A stretch of DNA of 64,000 bases, taken from assembly GCA_964562525.1 (NCBI GenBank), contig CAZLTL010000011.1, positions 9,780 to 73,779 on the forward strand, given 5' to 3'. The translations under genes were made by a program, and so were the position numbers. Numbering within the stretch: position 1 is the stretch's first letter; each line of letters starts with the position of its first letter. Below, piece by piece: positions 29,199-38,000 of this stretch. The stretch comes from an uncultured bacterium (GTDB lineage: Bacteria; Omnitrophota; Omnitrophia; Omnitrophales; Aquincolibacteriaceae). The notes under the pieces are model-generated. The model did no database searches, was not told the origin of the DNA, and worked only from the letters and a program-made list of their open reading frames with translations.

Positions 29199-29218
29199 TG
29201 TTGCAGGTTTGTTGCAGG
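29199..29218 (+). promoter_or_regulatory. direct repeat TGTTGCAGG x2 with 11-bp periodicity, ~330 bp upstream of the biosynthetic operon
   Basis: exact 9-mer at 29199-29207 and 29210-29218. Confidence 0.3.
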
Positions 29219-29485
29219 AATTCAGATGCGGAACGGTAGCAGCTAGTAGATGCTTTTTTAAGGGCACACTTTGGTTCATCATTTGGGGTATAAGACCTGC
29301 GCTGTAATAAAATTTTAATAATTCTTTATGGTGATAAACTAAATTTACATTTTTTCGTTTCAAAGTGGATAAGTTTTTTAAAGGATCTCCCATAGCTGAG
29401 AAATACGAGATTTTTCTCATTTTATTCGTTAAAATCTGTTTAATCCGACTCAAAGTCCTTTATGACCGGATTTCATAATGGTAAA

Positions 29486-29535
29486 ATGTCTAGCTAAATA
29501 GTGTCTAACTACAGGATTATTCTGAGGTTAGACAT
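29486..29535 (+). promoter_or_regulatory. candidate operator: 8-bp perfect inverted repeat TGTCTAAC-N17-GTTAGACA plus a third ATGTCTA half-site, ending 12 nt before the ammonia-lyase start
   Basis: seen directly in sequence. Confidence 0.35.
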
Positions 29536-29546
29536 GTTTTTTACCT

Positions 29547-31085
29547 ATGAGGGGACTACCATTGAAAGTTGATAAATCCGACTGGAGCATTGAAGATATT
29601 CTCCGTATTGCTCTGGGGAAAGAAAACCTCAAAATTGGCGACAAACAGTGGCGGGCGTTCATCCAAAAAGGTGCTGATTTTTTAAACCAGTATCTGAATA
29701 AGCACGGCAATGTTTATGGCGTTACGACGGGCTATGGCGATTCCTGCAATATTAAGGTTCCCCGTGAATTGATTGATCAACTGCCGCTGCATTTAGTTCG
29801 TTTTCATGGTTGTGGGCTTGGACGATATTTCAACGAGCAGCAAACCCGCGCCATTATGGCAGTACGGTTAGCGTCTCTTAAACGTGGCTATTCGGGCGTT
29901 CGTCCGTTGCTTCTCGAAAAAATTATTGAGCTTTTGAATCACAATATTCTCCCGCGAATTCCAGAAGAAGGTTCGGTCGGCGCAAGCGGTGACTTAACCC
30001 CGCTTTCTTATTTAGCGGCAGCTATTGTTGGTGAACGAGAAGTTTTTTTTGATGGAAAAATTATGCTTGCAAAACAGGCGTTGAAAAAATGCAATTTGTC
30101 TCCGCTTACGCTGAAACCAAAAGAAGGTTTGGCGATTATGAATGGTACAGCGGTTATGACTGCGCTTGCTTGCCTCGCTTGGAAAAAAGCGGAATATTTA
30201 GCCCGTCTCAGCAGCCGCTGTACGGCTTTGCTTGTTGAGGTTGTGCAGGGAAATAAAAATCATTTCCGTGATGATTTATTTGCTGTAAAGCCTTTCAAGG
30301 GACAGGCGGAATCTGCTCGATGGATTTATAACGATATTGGCGATCATAAAACAAAACCCGTCCATCAATTACAAGATCGCTACTCCTTGAGGTGTGCTCC
30401 GCATGTGATAGGTGTGTTGAAAGATGCACTGCCTTGGATGCGACAGCATATTGAAACAGAGATCAACAGTACAAACGATAATCCAATAATTGATGCCGAG
30501 AATGAGGAAATGCTTCACGGGGGCCATTTTTACGGAGGGCATATTGCCTTTGTTATGGACTCAATGAAAATTGCCGTTGCCAATTTAGCGGATTTGCAAG
30601 ATAGGCAAATGGCTCTTATGACAGATCGAAATAGCAATAATGGTTTGCCGGCGAATTTGTCGGGGGCAAAAGGAGTGCATGCCGCAATTAATCATGGGTT
30701 CAAAGCTATTCAAATAGGTGTGTCTGCTTGGACTGCCGAAGCCCTGAAGTTGACAATGCCCGCTAGTGTTTTTTCACGCTCAACCGAATGTCATAATCAA
30801 GATAAGGTCAGCATGGGGACCATTTCTGCGCGAGACTGTCTGCGAGTGATTGAATTGTCTCAGCAAGTTTGTGCAGCGACGATTCTTGCTTGTGTTCAGG
30901 GGATCGAATTGCGCAAACAGCGTGGCGATATTTCAGGAACTCAACTTACGCCCGCAATACGCCATTTTTGCGCTGAAGTACGGAAATTCTCTGCGTTTGT
31001 TGACGATGATCGTCCTTTAGAAAGTGATTTACGAAAAATAATTGAGCTTATTAACGAAGAACATTGGAATCTTTATCCCTCATGA
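29547..31085 (+). CDS. MIO-dependent aromatic amino acid ammonia-lyase (HAL/PAL/TAL family)
   Basis: 512 aa; GSVGASGDLTPLS (Ala-Ser-Gly MIO triad); substrate-selectivity pair reads F-H (LVRFHGCGLG). Confidence 0.85.
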   Translation: MRGLPLKVDKSDWSIEDILRIALGKENLKIGDKQWRAFIQKGADFLNQYLNKHGNVYGVTTGYGDSCNIKVPRELIDQLPLHLVRFHGCGLGRYFNEQQTRAIMAVRLASLKRGYSGVRPLLLEKIIELLNHNILPRIPEEGSVGASGDLTPLSYLAAAIVGEREVFFDGKIMLAKQALKKCNLSPLTLKPKEGLAIMNGTAVMTALACLAWKKAEYLARLSSRCTALLVEVVQGNKNHFRDDLFAVKPFKGQAESARWIYNDIGDHKTKPVHQLQDRYSLRCAPHVIGVLKDALPWMRQHIETEINSTNDNPIIDAENEEMLHGGHFYGGHIAFVMDSMKIAVANLADLQDRQMALMTDRNSNNGLPANLSGAKGVHAAINHGFKAIQIGVSAWTAEALKLTMPASVFSRSTECHNQDKVSMGTISARDCLRVIELSQQVCAATILACVQGIELRKQRGDISGTQLTPAIRHFCAEVRKFSAFVDDDRPLESDLRKIIELINEEHWNLYPS

Positions 31086-31810
31086 ATCTTAAACCACTTG
31101 CCTTGATTGTAGGCGGAAGCCGCGGAATTGGGAAAAGTACTGCGTTGCGTCTTGCCAAATCTGGATTTGATATCTGTCTGACTTATCACAGTAATGAAGA
31201 AGCGGCCAAAGCAGTTAGTGGCGAAATTATTCAAATGGGTGTGGCTTGCCAAATTCTTGGGTTTGATGTGGGAAATGGTGCGCAAACGGACGAGGCATTA
31301 TTAAAATTGATGGATGAGCGCGTCCCTGAAGTGGTGGTATATAACTCCGGAATTGCTAAAGACAATCTCATGGTATTGATGACTCGTGACGAGTGGGAGA
31401 GTGTTATCAACACTAACCTGAATGGGTTTTATAACATTATGCACGTAGTTCTTTTTCCAATGCTTCGCGAGAAACGTGGGCGCATTGTGGTTGTTTCGTC
31501 CGTTTCAGGAGAAGTTGGTCAGGCAGGGCAAGTGAATTACTCGGCTTCCAAAGCGGGATTAATTGGAGCGGCGAAAGCTTTAGCGCGCGAAGTCGGAAAG
31601 AAAAATATTTTGGTGAATGTTGTTGCGCCGGGAGTCATTGAAACGGATATGACTAAAGATTTGCCAATAGAGCAAATTATGCCGCTGATTCCTTTGAAAC
31701 GCGTGGGTAAGGTTGAAGATGTTTCATCCGTGATTCATTTTCTGTGTACGGAAAAAGATATGTATATCCACGGTCAAGTTATCGGAATTAACGGGGGACT
31801 TGCCACATGA
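31082..31810 (+). CDS. SDR-family 3-oxoacyl-ACP reductase (ketoreductase)
   Basis: GGSRGIGKS Rossmann motif, YSASK active site; ATGA overlap with the lyase. Confidence 0.8.
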   Translation: MNLKPLALIVGGSRGIGKSTALRLAKSGFDICLTYHSNEEAAKAVSGEIIQMGVACQILGFDVGNGAQTDEALLKLMDERVPEVVVYNSGIAKDNLMVLMTRDEWESVINTNLNGFYNIMHVVLFPMLREKRGRIVVVSSVSGEVGQAGQVNYSASKAGLIGAAKALAREVGKKNILVNVVAPGVIETDMTKDLPIEQIMPLIPLKRVGKVEDVSSVIHFLCTEKDMYIHGQVIGINGGLAT

Positions 31811-33323
31811 GGCGTTTTGCTTGAAGCATTATGACAATATCGTTGTTGGCAGTGGCGCGAGCGGTTTGTCTTTAGCCCATCTTCTTGCGCTTAACGGAAA
31901 AAAAGTACTTTTAATTGAAAAGGGCTGGTACTTAGGTGGGAGCATGACCCGCTTCGTGAAAAAAGGCATTCCATTTGATGTGGGTTTTCATTTCACGGCC
32001 GGGTTCAATCCGGGTGGTATTCTGGATGAAATGCTCATCACGCTCGGCATCCGGAATGAAATAGAGCCAATTTTTCTGGAAAAACCCGAAGCCGGCCGCT
32101 ATGTTTTCGAAAGTGACCGTAAGTCGTATGACATTCCTTCCGGAATTGATAACTTCAAAAATACCCTCATCAAATATTTCCCGGCAGAAGCAAAAGGGAT
32201 TGAGCAATATTTTGAGTTGAGCGGGAAGTGCTACCGCGAAACGCTTTCGCTTAATTTGCGCCGTTTGGGCGAGATTCAGCAGTTTTTGGAAGAAGACCGG
32301 AAAACTTTGTCATCCGTATTGGATGCAAATATTAAAGACGCGCATTTGAAAGCCATTTTATCGACCTTTTGCATGTGCTACGGCACGCCGCCTTCGGAAG
32401 TTTCATTTGCGAATCATTGCCGTGTAGCGCATGGCCTGCATGACGCTCTTGCACGTGTCAAAGACGGCGGCGATGCTTTCGTGCGTGCTTTTAGCAAAGC
32501 AATAAAAAATCTGGGCGTGGAAATCCGCCTGCGGACTTATATCACCGAATGTAAAAATATTGAAAACCGTACTGTTGGCAGTTTCATTTTAAATACGGGT
32601 GAAGAAGTTTCCTGTAACCAATGTATTTTCACGATTCATCCGGCGGCGATTCTGAAAACGCTTCCCGCCGAACATGTAAGCAAAGCTTTTGTCGAACGGG
32701 TCAATGACTTTGAATCCACACTTGGTTTCTTTTCTTTGTATTGCACTTTGAAAACCGACAATCCCGAAGAGCCGCTAACGCCGGCGATTACATCGATTTT
32801 TCCGTACCCCGATGTGGATAAAGCTATGAACCCGGTCCACAGCGATCAAACCACCGTGGTTGTTTTAACGAGCAATGAAGAAGTAAAAGGTAAGCTTTAC
32901 AAACTTGTGACGGCTCTTGAAACGTCTTTCTATAAAGATGTGGAAGAATGGAAGGATACGACTTTGAAAAAAAGGCCGGCGGCTTATTTGGCGTATAAGA
33001 AAGACCGCTGCGAAAAAATTATTAAGCGTATTACCGATTTTTATCCTGAATATAAAGATCGGCTGGAAGTGATCGAGGCCGCATCGATGTTGAGCTACCG
33101 AGATTTTTTGCATACTCCGGACGGAAGTGCTTACGGTATTAAGCAAAAAATGGGACAGGTGAATTTGTTTGGTAAGCTGCCTTTCCGTAATTTGTATGTT
33201 TCCGGTCAAAGTTCGGTGCTGCCGGGAATTGTGGGCGCGATGATGTCCTCCTTTATTATTTTACGCACGCTTATCGGATCGGATAATTACGATAAATTTA
33301 TCAAAGAGAGGTTGCCGGCATGA
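31800..33323 (+). CDS. FAD/NAD(P)-binding oxidoreductase (CrtI / phytoene-desaturase-like)
   Basis: N-terminal IVVGSGASGLSLAHLL dinucleotide-binding motif; TTG start. Confidence 0.55.
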   Translation: MPHEAFCLKHYDNIVVGSGASGLSLAHLLALNGKKVLLIEKGWYLGGSMTRFVKKGIPFDVGFHFTAGFNPGGILDEMLITLGIRNEIEPIFLEKPEAGRYVFESDRKSYDIPSGIDNFKNTLIKYFPAEAKGIEQYFELSGKCYRETLSLNLRRLGEIQQFLEEDRKTLSSVLDANIKDAHLKAILSTFCMCYGTPPSEVSFANHCRVAHGLHDALARVKDGGDAFVRAFSKAIKNLGVEIRLRTYITECKNIENRTVGSFILNTGEEVSCNQCIFTIHPAAILKTLPAEHVSKAFVERVNDFESTLGFFSLYCTLKTDNPEEPLTPAITSIFPYPDVDKAMNPVHSDQTTVVVLTSNEEVKGKLYKLVTALETSFYKDVEEWKDTTLKKRPAAYLAYKKDRCEKIIKRITDFYPEYKDRLEVIEAASMLSYRDFLHTPDGSAYGIKQKMGQVNLFGKLPFRNLYVSGQSSVLPGIVGAMMSSFIILRTLIGSDNYDKFIKERLPA

Positions 33324-34546
33324 AACGCGTTGTTATTACGGGGAGAGGCGTGGTGACGGGGCTTGGGAAAAACTTGGATGCTTTGATGGATGGCCTTCGG
33401 CAGGGGAAAAGTGCGGTGCAGGCCATGCCTGAGTGGGTGAAATATAAAGGTCTCAACAGCCGCGTCGGAGCTGTTGCTGAAATCTGTGATGAGAAGGATA
33501 TCCCTCGTAAAAATCGAAGATCGATGGGACGACTTAGCATTTTCGGTGCACAGGCCGCAAAACAGGCGGTTCTTGACGCGAGAATTAGCGATGAACTTTT
33601 AACTTCGGCCCGGTTCGGTTGTGTGATGGGCTCGACTATGGGTGGTGCGGAAGCGATGAATGAGGCCTTTGAAATTATGATTCCAAAATGTGATTTGTCG
33701 GAATTGTCTTCAATGAGTTTTTTCAAATGTGTTTCTCATACGGTTTCGATGAATGTTGCGCAATATCTAGGAATAAAAGGTTATGTGATGGCAACATCTG
33801 CAGCCTGCGCATCTTCCTTGCAGGCGCTTGGTCTTGGTTATGAGTTGATTCAGAGTGGACGACAGGATGTGTTGCTTTGCGGAGGCGCTGAAGAATTGCA
33901 TCCGATTGTCGCCGGAACATTTGATATTTTATTTGCAGCATCGACGCAGTTTAATGACAAGCCGTCATTGACACCGCGGCCGTTTGATGAAAAACGCGAT
34001 GGTCTTGTTTGTGGTGAAGGTGCCGGTGCTTTGATTTTGGAAGAGTATGAGCATGCGCGCAAGCGTGGCGCAAAAATTTTAGGAGAAATAGTTGGTTATG
34101 CAACCTGCGGTAGCGGTATGGATATGAGTCAATCCAATTGCGAGGGCATGAAGGCATGTATTCGTGAAGCTATTCATGATGCAGGATTAGCAGCGTCAGA
34201 TGTCGATTATGTTAGTGCTCACGCGACAGCGACTGTGCAAGGCGATCAAGCTGAAGCCGAGGCCATCCAAGAGATTTTTGGCAACAAGACTCCTGTTAGT
34301 AGTTTGAAAGGTTACATTGGACACACTTTGGGGGCTTCTGGTGTGATTGAACTTGCGGCGACGTTAGAAATGATGGCAGAAGGCGTAATTTATCCGACCT
34401 TGAATTTGGAGGTAATTGATCCAAAGTGTAGTGGCATCATGCATGTTCAAAAGCCGCTAAAAAAAGAGATGAAGGTCATTGTGAAAAACAGTTTTGCATT
34501 TGGCGGCATTAACGCTTCCTTGGTTTGTAAAAAAGTAGAGAATTAA
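33320..34546 (+). CDS. beta-ketoacyl-ACP synthase (FabF-like KS, Cys-His-His triad present)
   Basis: ATSAACASSLQA (Cys), SAHATAT (His), GHTLGASG (His). Confidence 0.85.
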   Translation: MKRVVITGRGVVTGLGKNLDALMDGLRQGKSAVQAMPEWVKYKGLNSRVGAVAEICDEKDIPRKNRRSMGRLSIFGAQAAKQAVLDARISDELLTSARFGCVMGSTMGGAEAMNEAFEIMIPKCDLSELSSMSFFKCVSHTVSMNVAQYLGIKGYVMATSAACASSLQALGLGYELIQSGRQDVLLCGGAEELHPIVAGTFDILFAASTQFNDKPSLTPRPFDEKRDGLVCGEGAGALILEEYEHARKRGAKILGEIVGYATCGSGMDMSQSNCEGMKACIREAIHDAGLAASDVDYVSAHATATVQGDQAEAEAIQEIFGNKTPVSSLKGYIGHTLGASGVIELAATLEMMAEGVIYPTLNLEVIDPKCSGIMHVQKPLKKEMKVIVKNSFAFGGINASLVCKKVEN

Positions 34547-34560
34547 AAAAGGGGTTAGGT

Positions 34561-34827
34561 ATGAATTTGGATCAAATCACCAAGATGGTGAATGAGGTTT
34601 TTGAAGAGTCTTTCGAAATCGTTCCGGAGCGGCTTAAACCGGAAACGAAAGTTTTTGAAGAGCTTGGGCTCGATAGTCTTGATGTTGTAGACCTCGTTGT
34701 AGCACTTCAAAAAAAATTCAAAGTCCAGATCCGCGATGATGAGAGAGTTCGCCAAATCCGCACGCTTGGCGATATTTATCAATTTATTCTGACGCTTAAG
34801 AATGAAGGGCATGTTTCAGAAGTCTGA
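34561..34827 (+). CDS. acyl carrier protein
   Basis: 88 aa; LGLDSLDVVDL phosphopantetheine-Ser motif. Confidence 0.8.
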   Translation: MNLDQITKMVNEVFEESFEIVPERLKPETKVFEELGLDSLDVVDLVVALQKKFKVQIRDDERVRQIRTLGDIYQFILTLKNEGHVSEV

Positions 34828-34845
34828 TTTTGAGGCTGTATTCGC

Positions 34846-35589
34846 TTGAAAAAAATACTTTTTAATTTAACGTTTTATCCACTTTTTATAGCGGTCACAA
34901 TTGGGATGTTTCTGTTCTTTGCACCCCCAGTTGTTGTTCTGCGGCTGTTTGTGGGGTGGCGTAAAGCGCTGAAGATATTACGTGTTCTGATTCGTTGGTA
35001 CGGGTTAATCATTGTGCGGGTTTTGCCGTTTCCATTTGCGCGCCTGATTTACAAGGATTATGAAAAGGGCATCGATCGCGGCGCTTGCGTCTATGTGTGT
35101 AACCATCGCGCGAGTTCGGACGCCTTCTTAATGGCTCTTTTAAATTCCGAAGAAGCAGTGCAGGTTGTGAATAACTGGCCTTTTAAAATTCCGCTCATGG
35201 GCTGGGTCGCCCGCATGGCGGGTTATTTAAGTATTCGCACCATGCCTTTCGAAGAGTTTCAAGAAAAGGGATCAGAATTGCTAACGCAGGGAGTTTCTTT
35301 GATCGCATTTCCCGAAGGTTCCCGTTCACCGGATAAAAGCATGCAGCAATTTAACGGTGCTGTTTTCCGCGTCGCGTATGCCGCGAAAGCGCCGATTGTG
35401 CCGGTGTGTTTAAGCGGTAATCAATTCATTCCAAAAAAAGGTTCGGCAATGCTCAATCCCGGAACGATTCGAGTGCACAAACTGCCCGCGCTGACCTGGG
35501 AAACTTATAAAGATTATTCGGCCTTCAAGCTGAAGAACCGCGTGCGTGAAATCATTCAAGCGGAAGTGGACCAATTGGAGCCGTCATGA
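34846..35589 (+). CDS. PlsC-family (lysophospholipid) acyltransferase
   Basis: NHRASSD (HX4D) and FPEGSRS motifs; TTG start. Confidence 0.7.
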   Translation: MKKILFNLTFYPLFIAVTIGMFLFFAPPVVVLRLFVGWRKALKILRVLIRWYGLIIVRVLPFPFARLIYKDYEKGIDRGACVYVCNHRASSDAFLMALLNSEEAVQVVNNWPFKIPLMGWVARMAGYLSIRTMPFEEFQEKGSELLTQGVSLIAFPEGSRSPDKSMQQFNGAVFRVAYAAKAPIVPVCLSGNQFIPKKGSAMLNPGTIRVHKLPALTWETYKDYSAFKLKNRVREIIQAEVDQLEPS

Positions 35590-36893
35590 CGCCGGAGTAT
35601 TTGCAATATCAAAAAGCTAAGTTCTCCGGTGTGAAAGCAGTCCAAGAAGTCCAGACCGCGATGCTGCGGCGCCATCTGCTTTATGCCAAAAAGAAATCGG
35701 CGGCTTATCGCGAAATATTGGCGGAGGTTGATGTTGAACGTTTTGAACTAAGTCAGCTCTCGCGGCTTCCGTTCACTGAAAAAAAAGATATCGAAAGCGC
35801 GCCAGATTCTTTTTTAGCGGTTGCAAAAAACCGTATCGCGGACATCGTACTCTCATCAGGAACAACCGGCCGACCGCTGCAGGTGAGTTATACCGAACAG
35901 GACTTGGCTCGCCTCACTTACAACGAAGAGCAATCATTTGCCGGCTGTGATATCGGTGCGGATGACATTGCTTTACTGACCTGCACGATGGACCGCTGTT
36001 TTGTGGCGGGCTTAGCTTATTATCTGGGGCTGCGCGCGCGCGGCGCGGCAGTGATCCGTAACGGCCACGGCGTTTTCGAAAGCCACGCGGAAATTATTCG
36101 CACCATGCGGCCGACTGTGATTGTGGGCGTGCCGACTTTTCTCAGAAAGCTTGGACTGGCGATGCGGAAGAAAGAGCAAAACCCCGGCCAGGCTGGTGTT
36201 CAAAAAATCATTTGTATCGGCGAACCTCTGCGCGGAAAAAATTTCCAAGCGCTGGGGCTCGCGAAAGAACTGGAAGAGATTTGGAACGCAAAGGTTTTTT
36301 CGACGTATGCCTCTTCTGAAACAATCACCACTTTCTGCGAATGCCCCGCTCAGCGGGGCGGCCATTTGCTGCCGGAACTAGCCGTTGTTGAAATTATCGA
36401 TGACAAAGGAAATGGTTTACCCGACGGCCAGGTCGGTGAAATAGTGGTTACGCCTTTGGCGGTCGAAGGCATGCCGCTCGTCCGTTACAAAACCGGAGAT
36501 ATCAGCTTTCTGGAAAGTGCCCCATGCGTCTGCGGGCGCTTTTCTCCGCGGCTCGGACCAATCTTGGGGCGTAAGAATCAATTGATGAAAGTGCGCGGGA
36601 CATCGCTTTACCCGCAGGCGGTTTTTAATGTTTTGGAAGAGATCCGCGCCGTCGCGAATTATTACGTTGAAGTCTCGAATGATTCGGAATTGTCAGACCG
36701 GCTGGTGGTATTTATTTCCCTGCAGAATAAAAATATTACCAAGGAAATGCTGGAAGAAGAACTAGTCGCGAAGTTGCGGGTCAAACCGGATATCATTTTA
36801 GAAGCTGACGATATCCTCAAAAAGAAAATATTCACGCCGCAGTCGCGCAAACCCGTGCGTTTTTGCGATCAAAGAAAAACTTATGTCAGTTGA
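35586..36893 (+). CDS. adenylate-forming aryl-acid--CoA/ACP ligase, PaaK (phenylacetate-CoA ligase)-like
   Basis: SSGTTGRP AMP-binding motif characteristic of the PaaK/CoF390 family; 435 aa. Confidence 0.7.
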   Translation: MTPEYLQYQKAKFSGVKAVQEVQTAMLRRHLLYAKKKSAAYREILAEVDVERFELSQLSRLPFTEKKDIESAPDSFLAVAKNRIADIVLSSGTTGRPLQVSYTEQDLARLTYNEEQSFAGCDIGADDIALLTCTMDRCFVAGLAYYLGLRARGAAVIRNGHGVFESHAEIIRTMRPTVIVGVPTFLRKLGLAMRKKEQNPGQAGVQKIICIGEPLRGKNFQALGLAKELEEIWNAKVFSTYASSETITTFCECPAQRGGHLLPELAVVEIIDDKGNGLPDGQVGEIVVTPLAVEGMPLVRYKTGDISFLESAPCVCGRFSPRLGPILGRKNQLMKVRGTSLYPQAVFNVLEEIRAVANYYVEVSNDSELSDRLVVFISLQNKNITKEMLEEELVAKLRVKPDIILEADDILKKKIFTPQSRKPVRFCDQRKTYVS

Positions 36894-37344
36894 TAACGGT
36901 TTTGGACCTTTACCGCGCCTCGCTGAAGAGTTAATGCCTCATTCAGGACCGATGTGTGTCATCGATTTTCTCACGATTGTCAGTGATAATTTCGCCGAAG
37001 CGTCCGTGGTTCTTAAACCGTCCAGCCCGTTTCTACGCGCGGACGGATCAATTGATGAATGTGTTTTTATCGAAATGATCGCGCAGACCATTGCGGCTCG
37101 CAGTGGGCTTGATTTGACCGCGGAAAAATTAAAAACTCAAAAAGGCTACTTGCTGGGCGTAAAGAACATGAAAATAGTTGGTACGGCAAGGGTGGGAGAC
37201 ACGCTACGAGTTAAAGTCTGCAAGACGGGGCAATACGGAGATTTCAGCATTATCGAAGGAAGTGTTTTAAGCGGAGAGCATGTTTTAGCGCAGGGTGAAA
37301 TCAAAGTCGTTCAGATCATCGAGTCGGGCCCGGGTGCGGTATGA
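36883..37344 (+). CDS. hot-dog fold protein (dehydratase/thioesterase-like)
   Basis: 153 aa; size and position in cluster; family-level only. Confidence 0.45.
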   Translation: MSVDNGFGPLPRLAEELMPHSGPMCVIDFLTIVSDNFAEASVVLKPSSPFLRADGSIDECVFIEMIAQTIAARSGLDLTAEKLKTQKGYLLGVKNMKIVGTARVGDTLRVKVCKTGQYGDFSIIEGSVLSGEHVLAQGEIKVVQIIESGPGAV

Positions 37345-38000
37345 AAAGCTTATTGAGAACGATGTCGATAGCCGCAGTGACGATGATCTTTTGCGGGCAG
37401 GTCATAGCGGCGCCTGAGGCGGGCAGTACCGATGTGCGTCAGGTACTGGTGGATTTAGAAAAGAAAATGTATTCGATTGAAACGATGCAGACAAACTTTT
37501 TTCAGAAAAAAAAGCTGAGTTTGTTTCAGCACGAAGTGCATCTGCAGGGGACTCTTTCGATGGAAAAACCGGACCGTTTAGCCTGGCATACGGAGCAGCC
37601 GGTGCGCTATTCGATTATTTTTGAAAAAAACAAAATTTATCAATGGGATGAAGACACGAAAAACGTGCAGGTCCTGACTTTCGCGAATGCGCCCATACTC
37701 AAAACCGTTATTGATCAAATGCAGACATGGTTTTACGGTTCGTATGTCGCTTTACTCGAACAATATGATATCCGTGTCATTTCTACGGAGCCGCTGGAAC
37801 TAGAATTTATTCCGCACGCGGATGTGGTTTCCGCCGCGGTGATCAAAGCGGTCACGATCCGTTTCATGCCCGATCAAAGTTACATTGAATCGCTGCGCAT
37901 CGAAGAGAAAAATGGCGATCAGTCTTTTTTAAGTTTTACTGATACGATTTTAAACGTAAAGATTGATCCCTCAGCCTGGAAAATTGAAAACCGTGGCTAA
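37341..38000 (+). CDS. LolA-like outer-membrane lipoprotein carrier-like protein
   Basis: signal peptide, ~200 aa periplasmic; typical companion of MMPL in aryl-polyene clusters. Confidence 0.5.
   Translation: MKSLLRTMSIAAVTMIFCGQVIAAPEAGSTDVRQVLVDLEKKMYSIETMQTNFFQKKKLSLFQHEVHLQGTLSMEKPDRLAWHTEQPVRYSIIFEKNKIYQWDEDTKNVQVLTFANAPILKTVIDQMQTWFYGSYVALLEQYDIRVISTEPLELEFIPHADVVSAAVIKAVTIRFMPDQSYIESLRIEEKNGDQSFLSFTDTILNVKIDPSAWKIENRG

Noticed and set aside
29056-29546. att site / direct repeat of the tRNA-Gly 3' end within the window
   Set aside because: I searched by eye for copies of the tRNA-Gly T-arm/acceptor 3' sequence in 56.5-57.2 kb and 63.3-63.7 kb and found none. The island boundary, if any, lies outside the window.
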